A stretch of DNA of 64,000 bases from Yuukianura sp. NJ FZ-2021 (taxonomy: Eukaryota), in NCBI GenBank assembly GCA_046563655.1, contig CM102289.1, forward strand, positions 4,092,001 through 4,156,000, read 5' to 3'. The notes below the pieces were generated by a model. The model ran no database searches. It worked only from the letters and a program-made list of their open reading frames with translations, and was not told the DNA's origin. Position numbers and translations under genes: made by a program. Positions 1-12,778 of this stretch are shown in pieces; the stretch's first letter is position 1; every line of letters begins with the position of its first letter.

Positions 1-2130
1 ACAACTTGGTATATCCTGCTCTGGGAATGTCGTTTACGCCATTGTACCGAATACTCACTCCAGACTATGCCGACGGTACAGGGTACAATAACAAAATTTC
101 AAAATGAAAAACATTCTGTTTGAACAAACTAATTCTCCAGGAATTTGGGCACCTCGCATTGCGCAAGACTTGTCACAGCTCCCGAGCGCTAGGCTCCTGA
201 GCAGCAATTTTATTCCGGACCAGGATTCACCTGATTCCAGATTCTCCTTGTTTGTAATGCAGTTTGGACAAGTAACAAAATTATTTCAAACCTAAAAGTT
301 AAAATTTTTTATGTTGAAATTTCAAATTTTTTTAAAAAATAGTTTGTAGATCATGACCTCTCCCATGTTCCAATCTACCGATTTGAAAATGGAACGGGAA
401 TCGAGTGTTGTTCGGAATCAGGAGACTTTCTTCCTGACTCTCTCACGCATCCATTTTGTTTTCCGATTGAAATTCCGCGTGACGACCCATTTTACTCTAC
501 ATATTCTCAGAGATGCATGAATTTTGTGAGGTCAGCAGTGGGACCTAGAATTGACTGCAGTTTGGGCTATGGAGATCAAATGAGTCAGACGACACATTGG
601 CTCGACTCTTCCAATATTTACGGTTCGACACGCGACGAAGAAGTGGAACTTCGGCTCTTTAGAAACGGCATGCTCAGAAGCAGCCCACATATTGGTAGTG
701 CGCATGCTCATAATGGCGGATTCAAAGGAATGCTACCCGTACAACAACGGGAAGTAGACGAGTGTACACTTCCAGACGAGGGAAAACATTGCTTTAATGC
801 TGGTGACCTTCGTGTGAATGAAATGATTGGGCTAACTGCAACTCACGTGATTTGGTTTCGTGAGCACAATCGGGTAGCTTTGGAGCTCGGGAGACTCAAC
901 CCGAGTTGGACCGATGACCAAATATTTTATGCTGCTAGGAGAATAGTGAATGCCGAATATCAACATATTTTGTACAACGAGTGGTTACCTATAATTATTG
1001 GACGGGAATACATGGAAGTTTATGGTATACTTCCCTTATCATATGGTTACTCATTTGACTACGACAACAGAATTGATCCGAGTGTGTCAAACGCATTTGC
1101 TGCCGCCGCATTTCGTATGGGTCATACCCTCATTCAAGGAATTTTAAAGTTCGAAATTCTTAGAATATACATTTGCCAAATTTTTATGTGTTTTGTATTT
1201 CTTTTAACATAGCTTGATCAATGAACTCGGAGTGGCTGATGAACGAATTCAAATTCATGATCACTTTAATCGACCGTTTCGAATTCGAGAACTTGGAATT
1301 TTGGATAAGCTAATCCGAGCACTTACGACGCAACCAATTCAATCTTTTGACAATTTCATCACAACTGAGGTAACAAAAACTTGACAACCTAAGTTATATT
1401 TTTAACTTTATTCGATTTTAGTTAACTTTCGCAGGTGACAAACAGACTCTTCCAGCCTGTAAATGGAACATTTGGAATGGACTTGATTTCACTGAATATC
1501 CAAAGGGCGCGAGATCATGGCGTTCCTGGTTACAATTTCTATCGTGAAATCTGCAAGTTGGGAAAAGCAAGGCAATTCTCCGACTTTCTAGACCGAATTC
1601 CATTTCAAGTACTGAACACAATTATCCGCCTTTTTCCAGTTTGTTATAGGAAATGCCTACCTCAGTAATTGTTTCTTTAGACCGTGGAGTTGATGAAAAG
1701 GTTTTACAAGTCAGTGGATGACGTGGACTTGTTCATTGGTGGGATATCCGAAATTCCTGTTCCAGGAGCGCTCCTCGGCCCTACATTCACTTGCATCATT
1801 GGAGATCAATTTGCAAGGTCAAAGAAAGGCGACAGATTCGCATATGACCTTGGAGGATTCTCACATTCCTTTACCACTCCACAACTAAACCAAATACGTT
1901 TAGCAAGTTTTGCACGAATTCTTTGTGACAATGGAGACAAAATCGACCGCATTCAACCCCTGGCATTTCTACTTCCAAATTCCAATTTGTAAGATTATGC
2001 ATTTATGTTTAATATGATCTTTATTCCTCTTAAGGTTAGTTTTTCTTTCAATTTTTTTTTCAGCAACCCTGTTCTCAACTGCAATAGTGACCTCATTCCA
2101 CGGATTAACCTTTCAAAATGGAAATATTAA
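1..2130 (+). CDS. Animal haem peroxidase (chorion peroxidase/peroxinectin-like), 5'-partial, multi-exon
   Basis: Spliced motifs MQFGQ|FVDHD, LDSSNIYGS, AGDLRVNE, AFRMGHTLI, DLISLNIQRARDHG, DVDLFIGG, GDRF; GT-AG introns near 76-140, 271-342, 1149-1212, 1370-1434, 1609-1680, 1989-2063; ends INLSKWKY* at 2130. Confidence 0.93.
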
Positions 2131-2318
2131 AATTGTATTAACACAAATGAAGCAGTTTTCAGCACGCAGCTGAAACGTTATGATAGTTTTGAAAACAAAA
2201 ATTGATGTGTGTAAGTTTAGATAGTTTTGTAGCAGAAATAGCAACGTTAATTTTAGTTTTGTACTAGATCTTGAATGAAATCTTTTTAGGTATTTTTTTT
2301 TTACTTCTTTTGACTTAC

Positions 2319-2469
2319 CTGTAGTAGCAGTTGTTCCTGCTCCACAGCCAAAGTCCAGAATCATTTCGTTTGACCTCCAGGTCATGCGCTTCACAAGTTC
2401 CGGAAGAAATTCAGCAGCATCCCGTGCAGCAGCGGATTTAAAATTTTCATACCTAGTCGGATCTTGCAT
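2319..2469 (-). pseudogene. Truncated, internally deleted copy of the methyltransferase exon 1
   Basis: MQDPTRYENFK...LDFGCGAGTT matches 7500-7635, then jumps to the intron-1 donor GTAAGTCAAAAGAAGTAAAAA seen at 7274; upstream 2470-2850 matches 7636-8005. Confidence 0.85.
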
Positions 2470-2850
2470 TTTAAAATGTCGTATGCACAAACCAACAAAT
2501 TTGGCTCAAATTAAACTTAAAAGTTCTTTAAAAGTCAACTGAAGGTTAAGAACAAATGTAAAGTACTGTCTGTTTAAGTTCAAATCGAAAAAGAAAATAA
2601 CTCCCGAAGCGAGAATGGCAGATTATTAAAGGCGCTAACGCACTTTCAAGGAAGGTTTTTCTACGCAGGGTTCGTTTTCCACAATTCTGTACAACAATTT
2701 TGGAACAAAAAGGAACAATGGACACGCACAAGAAAGATAGCATTAATGTTTTCCCATGAACTTAACCACGAAACTTTGAACTCATTTCAAAGCTTTATTT
2801 TCGTTCAAACAACAAGAAAAGATTTTAAGGATCCAAAAAGAAGCATGATT

Positions 2851-3327
2851 CACTCTGAATGATATAGGTAAAGACTAAATACCGGGTTGTAAAGCCCGTA
2901 GTGCAATTCGAGACTGCTCTTGTTGTCGAATATTTTTGCGAATAATTTGTGACAATGGAGACAGAATCAACCATATCCAACCCCTGGTTCCTGGTATTTC
3001 TACTTCCAAATTCCAATTTGTAAGATTATATGTTATTTTTACTTATTAGCTCACTCTGAATTATATAGGTAAAGACTGGGTTGTAAAGCCCGTAGTGCAA
3101 TTACAGACTGCTCTTGTTGTCGAATAATTTGCGACAATGGAGACAGAATCAACCATATCCAACCCTTGGCATTTCTACTTCCAAATTCCAATTTGTAAGA
3201 TTATATGTTATTTTTACTTATTAGCTTATTAACGTTAGTTTTTTTCAACTTCTTTTTCAGTAGCCATGTTCTCAGTTGCAACAGCGACCTCATTCCATGG
3301 ATTAACCTTTCAAAATGGAAATACTAA
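2851..3327 (+). pseudogene. Duplicated peroxidase 3' fragments (two tandem ~200-bp copies plus last exon)
   Basis: GACAATGGAGACAGAATC...TTCCAAATTCCAATTTGTAAG occurs twice and matches 1927-1993; 3261-3327 matches last exon 2064-2130. Confidence 0.85.
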
Positions 3328-4034
3328 ATTTGTATTAACAGAATAAACCACAGCAGGCAAATTACATAACTGTCATATTTAGTTGAAATTTTCAAATTCT
3401 AATGAACATATTTGCTGGGTTTAGCGAAAGCACGTCAAAGCCACATTTTAGAACACATTTGGGGTCAGATGAATTAGAAGTGACGCCCACGAGTCAATCG
3501 ATGTATCGATATTTTGTTTTATTTTGAAGACGACTTATTCCTTTGACGAAAGTAAAGTCTACTTGACGGATCTACTTCCGTTTAATTTGTCTGAAATGAA
3601 CCACACCCTGTAGTGTTTTATGAATCATTAAGTTGTTTGTCAAATGCTAACTTTCTGAGGGATTACAATTTCTTAACGTATTCCTACTCAAGGGAACGCA
3701 TTGTGTATCTTACGATAGTATTAAAAAAAACACCCAATTTACCCGGCGAAGTAAAAAAAAAATTTCCAAACGCTGCTTCATAAAGTTCAAGTTTAGTTAT
3801 CAAATTTGAGTAATTCATCATCCCGAACCATAAAATTAATTAAATTAATTTGGGGTATAGCTTCTAGAGCCTGTTGAACGTCCAATTGTATGAGAGTGTA
3901 CACTTTCAGCTTGTCGCTATACTTTTTTTCGCTGAAATTAGACACACCCTTTTGATGTCAAAATTATACTGCAAGGAACAAGGCACTGGCAGTCTTTTCT
4001 CTGAAATCGTTGGATGGAATTCACGCTCGTTATA

Positions 4035-5611
4035 ATGGAACCCACAAAGCGAGTCGTAAATGGAGCAAACAAAAGCAGAAGAGTTGAGCACGCCGTAATG
4101 GGCAAACCACGTACAATTGACGCTGAAGTGGCACTGGCAGAAATTGGAAAGTTTGCAATTTTGGCAGTCCAGCTAAACGCTTACTTGACGCTGGGAGTAG
4201 TAAAAGGCAAACTTTCCGGCAAGTTCTTTACAGCTTCGTTTTTCCTACAATGTATGGTGAACCTTATCAACTGCACCGCTATCACTTTCTTTTTTGTGAA
4301 CGTAGCCGAAGTATCGGTTGCAATAGACCATTTTACTCATACTGAGCAACTCATCATTCAAATTTTGGGTTTTTCCAATACTGTCATTTCTTTATTCTTC
4401 AGAATTTATGGATTCTGCATCAGGAAGTCATCTCTCAAATTTTGGACGAAAAACGCAAATCTCCTTGAGGCGTTTCTGCTTAGTACAATGGCAACGTCAT
4501 CGCTGGATCCAAGCTTGATAAGGGTTAAGCGCTCCACTCGAAATTCACTTCTCACTTCACTTTCTTTAGTACTTCTGGCTTTAATTAGTGTGGTTGTGTA
4601 CAATAGAAGCCTTATGGTCTACAATAACTTAATGATTATATCTCAAGGCATTGTCTTCTTTTTAATTTCGCTTTATACCACCCAAGGCATTTGGATGTGC
4701 TTTTTCCTAAAAGTGTACATCGCTCTCTTTTGTCATCTTCAAAATCAGCTTTGCAGCATAAAACAAAAGTTGCGTACAAACTCGTCGGTGCAAGAGGAAC
4801 CCATGCGTGAGACTACAAAAGTAGAAGCTGAGCTGCACCAATGTTATGTACTGTACTTGAAACTGGACGAGCAGATCAAAGATTTCTGTGCTCATTTTGG
4901 AAGCCGCCTTCTAATGGACTGTGTGCTCAGTTTCCTTAACATAGTTTTAAGCGCGTTCTTTTTGATTCGCTGGAGATACAAAGGCAGTTTTCAATTCCAG
5001 GAGTTTACAAGTATGCTTCCTCAGGCGATAATTTTTACCAGATCTATGTACAACATTTGTACTGAGGGAAGTCAAATTTCGGCTAAATCGGCAGCAGTTG
5101 CTGATGAGTTGCATAAAGTTTATGCCGAAGTTGGAAGTCGCTTGTCTTATCAGTCTCACCAGGAGCTTCAAATGTTCACTACAAAAATAAGCTGTGACGC
5201 CCCCCGCATAAATGTGGCTAACTTCCTTGTAGTCAACCGTCATCTACTCACTACGGTAAGACATTGTCTTGTTTGCTACATTCTTCGTCTGTTAGGCGTT
5301 TTGGCAACGAGATAATTTTGAAACTTACGTTAGTTTCAAAACATAAATTTGTTCTATATGCCAAATACAAGACTAGAATTGAAAATTTGTTTAAGAAGAA
5401 TTAGGTTTGCGACAAAATCGCTCGAACTAATAAGGCAACCTGTTATCAGCACTTGGTCGAAATTCAATTTTGAAAAATATTTGTAATGTGTAGTTTTATG
5501 CTGAATGCTAAAATTACTTCTTTTTTGCAGATCCTCTCAACAGTATTTACATACTTGATCATTTTGATTCAATTTCGAGATGCAGAAAACGATAGAACGT
5601 CGCCCAAGTGA
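4035..5611 (+). CDS. Gustatory receptor (7tm_7 family), paralog 1; exons 4035-5255, 5531-5611 (alternative start 4014)
   Basis: Multi-TM ORF; phase-0 intron before C-terminal ILSTVFTYLIILIQF, the Gr TYhhhhhQF signature. Confidence 0.9.
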
Positions 5612-6529
5612 AAAAAGGAGGTAAAATATCACTTATTCAGGGGAAGTTAACAAAAATATATGAAATGACGTCAAAATAAAATAAAAACCTATAATGTCTT
5701 ACAATAATATACTTATTATGTATTGATTTACGCAAAATAAAAATACACTTTGGTAGCTTAAATCCGGCTTGTAAAAGTATTTGAAAGGAAATGATAATGC
5801 GTTGATTTAGTGTAGCGAAAATATATGTAGAGAAAGACTATTATCGTCGTTTACACTAAACGATAAAAGTTTTTAGTGTTTTAAGCACAAGTTTCTTTCT
5901 AAAGAAAATAAAGAAACAGATCTTTAAATTAATTAAATGCAAGTTGCTCCAGAAGTCTATGACATGCTTGATGCTGAGCAAAACTTGATCCGTTTTGGGA
6001 AATGAGTTCCGGAAGTGTCATGTTGGATGCATCAATTTTCACATTCAAAGCTCGCGTTTCGCATGCAACCATGTAACGTTGATTGTACATACTTTATAAG
6101 TTAAAAATAATGCATCACTTTACAAAATGTTGATCTTCTTTCGTGTAATAACTGCTATTTTCGAGTTTGTACTTGGAACAAAACGTATGAGCAAAAAAAT
6201 TTGTATACGATCAGAAAAAAACTATTTTTGCTGAATAATCTGGCAATTATCAGCATGGGAACTTCGCCTCATGGAATCCCTTCAACCAGGAAAGACTTTT
6301 GGTATGAAATATTTGATCTTTAACTTTTAGATTCAAACTTACAAACTCAAAAACTCTCTCCACCAGCCATGTCCATAAGCATTTGATTGTGATTAAATAA
6401 AAGAAACAATTTTGCAAAACAAAAAATGGTGATGATGTGGAATGAGTATTTACTTGAATTTAAGTTTAGCATAATACTAAACATGAAAATGAAAATAAAA
6501 AAAACTGTAATAATGGTAATTAAGACGTA

Positions 6530-7635
6530 TTAAGGTTGTGGTTTCTTTGCTAGGCAAATGATTGCCGAATATTGTGTTTGGACTTGGACGGAATTTGGGA
6601 TGTCAGAGGTCAAAGTATTGTACTTCAAGAGTCCTGCGCAGTAATCTTGTTTCAAGTCGTCTAACAGTTGCGGTGGGATTTTGTCCAAAAATGGAGCAAG
6701 TGACATGAAAAATTCTGAACAGAAAATAAGTTTAAGTGTTTGCGACATTTAGTTTTACGTATTCTCCTATGCGGGAACTTTTTTGAATAGTGAAGCTACC
6801 TGCCAAAGTCTGCAAGTCGTCCGTATGTGGTCTTTTTTCAGTTCGAATGCCAGTTATGACGAAGCCAGAATCAAGAAGTGCTCTACGCAGAGTCTCTTCT
6901 GTGGATTCTGCACAACGTGTTCCAAAAAAGGGAGCAAACGGGAGATCAAATTCCTATGAAATAAGAAAAAGGTTAATACCCATTAACGAAGGATTTGCTG
7001 TGTTGGTAGACATGTCTAATTTTTTTAACCTTCAGATAGGAATTCCACTTTGGGTTTTGCAAAAGATCTTGAGTGAAATCTGCCATTTCACAATCAGTCG
7101 CAACTGTAAGTCCAAACTCACCGCCAGGTTTCAAAATGTCGAAGAGTTTCTGAAACGTCCTTCTAAAAATGGTGGTAAATTTGTTCAAATTTGCCTTCCT
7201 CCATTGTTTTCAATTGTCCAGGAACAGGTTTTGAAACTTTTCAATAAAATTGGTTTTTACTTCTTTTGACTTACGCATAGTCCTTGATGAAATGAAAAGC
7301 ATAAATGGAGAAAATTTTGTCGAAATTCTTTCCTTGTAGTGTAGACGAGTTTGGATCTAAAATGTTCCCTTGGTAGAACTGCATTAGCGGATGCGAAACA
7401 TTGTTCTGCGCATACTCAATCATTTTTTCCGAAATGTCAAGTCCCACAATCTTAGAGTTGTTCCGTTCGGCCATTGGCAGCAGGTATTTGGAAGCCGTTG
7501 TTCCCGCTCCGCAGCCAAAGTCCAGAATCACTTCGTTTGACCTCCAGGTCATTCGCTTAACAAGTCCGGCAGAAATTTGGCTGCATCCCGTGCAGCGACG
7601 GATTTAAAGTTTTCATACCTAGTCGGATCTTGCAT
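6530..7635 (-). CDS. SAM-dependent methyltransferase, JHAMT-like; 4 exons; 1-nt frameshift near 7565 (pseudogene or assembly error)
   Basis: LDFGCGAG motif I, GLDISEKMI, FDKIFSIYAFHF, LKPGGE; exons ~7635-7275, 7162-7030, 6953-6800, 6714-6530. Confidence 0.85.
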
Positions 7636-8380
7636 TTTAAAATGTCGTATGAATAAACACAAACGATTGGTACAAATTAAAATTAAAATTTTTTTGAAAC
7701 TGAACTAACGCTAAAAAGAATTGTAAAGTCACGTCTGTTTCAGTTCAATTCGAAAAAGAAAATAACTCCCGAAGCGAGAATGAAAGGTTGTTCAAGGCAC
7801 TAAGGCACTTTCAGGGAAGATTTCTCTATGCAGGGTTCGTTTTACACAATTTTGAACAGCAATTTCAAAAAATAATGGAACAATGGACCCTTAAAGAAAG
7901 GATAGCATTAAAGTTTTGCCATGAACTTTATCAGGAAAACTTGAACTCATTTGCTTTATTTTGGTACGAACAAGAAAAGCTTTTAAGGATCCAGTAAGAA
8001 GCAGTGATGAAAGCACAACTTTTGTCTTCAAAATTTTAGAAACGGTGTGATGACATAGGTTCGAGACTGTATTCTAAAAGAAACTATTATTTGGGAAAAA
8101 TTTTAAACTTTGAAGGCCGACTTGGATGTAGTCGGGTCGATTCGTTTGCTGAAATTATGGTTTATACGCAGCAACGGGTTGAAATAACAAAATGGAATTA
8201 AATATTATAAATTGCTAAAAAATGTCAATTTATAATGAAACTTGGATATTTCAGTATCTGAAGTAATCATGTGCTTTCGATTGTTCGCATCGTTCTTTTC
8301 CTCTTCAGTTGAGCAGAAACTCCTAAATTCAAATTGTTAAATAAAGCAGAAAGAAATTGCTGCACTATGAGGATAAGCGA

Positions 8381-8926
8381 TGTGATCCTCGTCTGAGAGA
8401 AATTAATGATATAATTAACTAAAACTAATTTAGTAAGTTAGGGCGGATGCCCATAAGTGTCCCTCTCCACTCACTCCCTTTTGAGTCGACTAACCTAAAC
8501 CGACAGAAGCACCAGAGGAGAAAAACAAAAAAGAGACTCCTTTTTCAACTGCCACGCCGCGAGCAACTCTACAACATCTCCGTCTTCTTCCTGGCAACAC
8601 TCGAGAGGTCAATACAGGTCAGGTCAACCTTCAGCCAGTGATTGGCCTCAGACCAGGGATTAGTCTACTCTACGATCAGAGATTGGTCATGCCAGTGATT
8701 GGAAGGTTAAGCCACAGATGGCTCCCACGACTCCCCCTCTTTCCCCTGGATCAGCGCTTAGTTTTATGGCCCTTCAGGCCGTTGCCGTTAGCCCAAAGGG
8801 CTTAGTTTTAAGTTGTATTTAGTGGTTATTGGAGCTCAATTTAAGAATAAATCGTAGCCACAAGATCATCGGTTTGTTGGGTCTTTGCATTTATTCATTG
8901 TGAGCTCGACAATGAGGCACTACACA
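8381..8926 (+). mobile_element. Possible solo LTR
   Basis: TGTG...CACA ends, GC-richer non-coding island, AATAAA near 8846; no clear TSD. Confidence 0.3.
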
Positions 8927-9432
8927 AGTCTCATAACGCTTTTTGATAACAATTAGATTTCTTGGTTTGGGTGCCGAAAACTCGTCCTATTTTCTTTTGT
9001 TCGCAATGTACAAATAAGTGTATTCCAGTGGCATGAAAACAATATTCCTGTATATTTAAGCTTCCCCTCTCAAATAACTTATAATCCTTATAAAAAAAAA
9101 TTGAGATCATGACTTTCCGTTTTTGGACTTTTCGTATTTATTTATGTGGCTGAATTTTAGAACGTAACTCTTAACCCAAGAGTAGATTTTACTGTCTCAG
9201 CTTGTTTATGTTAGATTCGGTGAATAACAACACACACCAATTCTTATCAATTTTATTAAATCTGTGAAAAGGGGATGCCAAATTGAGTTAAACAAGGATT
9301 AAACCAAACTTCAGAAGTTGGGCTAGAATTAGCTGAAAATTTAAAGTTTTTAAAATGTTTTTAAAATAAAGCATTATAATTATGGAGTCACCAGAAGCAT
9401 GTGTTTTAATAAACCGTTGTAAACGCCGTACG

Positions 9433-10855
9433 TAAGTAGCGAAAGGAAGCTAGTGCACATCCCGGAAAGTGTCGACTTCCGGTCAAACCGGAGCCGTATT
9501 AATCACCCCAGGGCTATGATATACTGATTTGTGAAAACAGATTGCAAATCGGTCCAGGGGTTTTGGAGGTATAGCTATAATGCAGACAGACATACAGACT
9601 CGGGGGGAAACATAAAGTAGGTCATACTTCCCCGAGTAGGACGAGGGACGCCATTTTGTAAATTCTATCGTCTGTACCTCTGGAACCGTAGATCAAAGGT
9701 CAAGGTCACCTTCAAAAAAGTTGTTGAGCACAATGAGATAAACAACTTTTGTAGAAGTCATTTTTTCGATTAGCGTCAACAAAGTACTTGACCTTGACCT
9801 TTGACCCAGGCCTGGACAACATCCGGTCAAGCTGGACGCTGATTAGACACCCCTGGAACATGTGAAGAGTAAATGTGAAGCCAGATTGGAAATCGCTCCA
9901 GTGGTTCTGGAGTTATAGACGTGAATATCATGTGACCCCATTATGCAACTTCTAAGGTCTATATGTCCAGAACCCCAGGCCAGAGGTCAAGGTCACCTAT
10001 ACAAACGTTGTTCAGTTCAATGAGACGAACAACTTTTGTAAAGGTCATTTTTCCGATTTCAGTCATAAATGTACTTGACCTTGACCTTTGACCTTTAAGG
10101 GGTCTACTTCCGGTCAAATGAGTCACCGATTGTTCACCCCCAGACCGTGTCAAGTTCACCTGTGAATACAGATTGGAAATCGCTCCAGTGGTTCTGGAGT
10201 TATAGACGCGAATATCATAAGTGACCCCATTATGCAACTTCTAAGGTCTATATCTCCAGAACCCCAGGTCAGAGGTCAAGGTCACCTATACAAACGTTGT
10301 TCAGTTCAATGAGACGAACAACTTTTGTAAAGGTCATTTTTCCGATTTCAGTCATAAATGTACTTGACCTTGACCTTTGACCTTTAAGGGGTCTACTTCC
10401 GGTCAAATGAGTCACCGATTGTTCACCCCCAGACCGTGTCAAGTTCACCTGTGAATACAGATTGGAAATCGCTCCAGTGGTTCTGGAGTTATAGACGCGA
10501 ATATCATAAGTGACCCCATTATGCAACTTCTAAGGTCTATATCTCCAGAACCCCAGGTCAAAGGTCAAGGTCACCTATACAAAAGTTGTTCAGTTCAATG
10601 AGATGAACAACTTTTGTAAAGGTCATTTTTCCGATTACAGTCATAAATGTACTTGACCTTGACCTTTGACCCTTAAGGGGTCTACTTCCGGTCAAATGAG
10701 TCACTGATTGTTCACCCCCAGACCATGTCAAGTTCATCTGTGAAGACAGATTGAAAATCGGTCCAGCGGTTCCAGAGCTGGCTTGACCAGCAGACGGACG
10801 GACAGACAGACAGACTCGGGGAAAAACATAAAGTAGCTCATACTTTCGCTACTTA
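9433..10855. mobile_element. Non-autonomous element with central ~289-bp tandem repeats (DINE-1/HINE-like)
   Basis: 13-bp inverted ends TAAGTAGCGAAAG / CTTTCGCTACTTA; ~4 units of 289 bp with TGACCTTGACCTTTGACC motifs; (GACA)n microsatellite near 10790-10815 and 9583-9600. Confidence 0.7.
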
Positions 10856-10892
10856 ATAATTCTTTTGGCAAACGCGATGATTATGAATCAAA

Positions 10893-12778
10893 TCAAACTC
10901 TTTCGGTTATGACAATCCTTGATGGTTGCGCCATGAGGATAATGCCAGCTTTCGGTTGTAAACCTGGATTGGCTTTCGGGTCATTTGGATCAAAGGTAAA
11001 GCTAAACCGTTGAAAAATGTTAGTTAAGTAGAGGAATAGTGAGTCACGAGCTAACGTTTCTCCTGCGCACTGTCTTCTGCCAGTTGAAAACGGCATTAAA
11101 GCTTCATGCTTCTGAAATGTTTTTCCGTCAGGAGTGAGGAATCGTTCTGGTCGAAATTGTTCTGGATCACCCCAGATTTCTTTACTTTTGTGTATTCCGT
11201 AGAGATTTACGAACAACGCAGTTCCAGCGGGAATTGCCCAACCGTGAAACACGCGATCGCTCAGCGCACGGTGTGGAACGCCTGGAGGAACAATTGAGGA
11301 GAACCGGAGTACTTCGGCCAGTACCGCCTGTGAGTACGGCAGACTGCAAAGACATTTGGTAAACAAAAACTTTATACAAAATTTCTTGAAAAACAAATTG
11401 TTGTTGTTAATTCTTGGTTGTTCATTTTACTTTGGTCTGTCAGTGAGGCTACACGGTCGCGATTTCCCAACAACGCGATCCAGCTCTTCGTGCAATTTAT
11501 TTTGAACGTGAGGAAATGTACATAGATACAGAAAAGTCCATTCGAGCGTAGTTGCAGAAGTATCTGTTCCCGCCATAAAAAGATCGGCAATTACCCCGAC
11601 TAACTGGCGCTCTAAAATACAATTTGCGAAATAATGAATCCATTTTAGACCAAAACATGATTAAACAATTTCAAAATTAGATAATAAGCTTTTTACCGCC
11701 AAAATCTTTGTAGAACGCAGAATTTTGATCATTGCAGGCTTTAATTTCTTTAAGAAAGACATCAATAAAATCTCGCTGAAATTCGGGATCGTAGCTTTCT
11801 TTGTGTTCCTCTACTGCGTTCAGAAACGTTTCTCGAAATATCCCAATTTGCCTCCGAATAGTGTTGTAACCAGAAAATTCTGGAAGATAGTCCTTCAGAA
11901 AAGGGAAAAAGAAAACCATTCCACCTTTTTCCATAGCTTCTTCCATTGCTCTGAAAACAAATTTGCAATTACCATTTTGTAACGTTTTTTGTGAAACACT
12001 AAACCTACTTTGTCACATTTCGAGTGAGGCTAATAACCCTGGGGTCATCTTGTGAATATCGATGGCCAGAGATGATCGTCCAAAGGGAATTGACTGAAGC
12101 AATTGCCAATTTGTCACGCATCCCTATGACAGCTTTGCCATCTTGTGCTTTCAACCAATCCAGAACTTCGTTTAGCTCGTCCATAATAAGGGATTCCATT
12201 GAAGCCTTTCCAAATCCAAAGTCTCTGAGTTGGCGTAAAGTGAAACGCCGAATTTCTTCCCAATGTTCTCCTTCAGTATTGATGATCCCATGCATTTGTC
12301 CTGTTGTAAACATATCGTTAATTCCACCTCCAGGGTTCATCCTTCCTGCAAAGGCGGGATCACTTGAAAAGAGCTCCTTTGCCAACTTCAAATCCGATAC
12401 AATATATGCTCTGCAAAATTATTCTAGTTAAAAACTCTTTAAATTTCAGTCTGAAATACTTTTCTTTTTAAAAGCAAACCTGATCGGGCCGAGCGTAAAA
12501 CTGCAGAAATCACCATGCTTTGCTGCAATTTCAGAAAATGTCATAAATGGGTTCCTCAGATTCATTTGCAGCATATTTCCAATCAATGGTAATCCCCATG
12601 GTCCTACAAATTATATTTTATTAACTGACTTTTGAAATTTGAAATTGAATGACTTTAAAAAGTATGTTTCTAAACCTGGAGGTATTCTTCCATCCAGTGA
12701 TGTCTTCTTTTTGGAAAAGAAAACGTAGTGAATAATAACTGCAACGATTGCAATGCCAATTAAATACAGTGAAAACAT
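10893..12778 (-). CDS. Cytochrome P450, CYP2 clan (CYP15/303/304/305-like), multi-exon, apparently intact
   Basis: N-terminal anchor and PPG; WEEIRRF; I-helix AGTDT; EVLR; PERF; haem motif PFSTGRRQCAGE. Confidence 0.93.

Noticed and set aside
3600..3615. CACCCTGTA Tc1/mariner-like terminus (also CAGGGTG near 59634)
   Set aside because: No matching partner end identified.
4406..5243. Antisense ORFs overlapping Gr genes (also 14530-14718, 17457-17750)
   Set aside because: Shadow frames; their similarity just reflects Gr paralogy.
6530..7635. Assignment as true JHAMT
   Set aside because: Substrate-binding Gln and Trp typical of JHAMT are absent; symbol withheld.
9959..10526. Two identical short ORFs (MHNGVTYD...)
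   Set aside because: By-products of the 289-bp tandem repeat.
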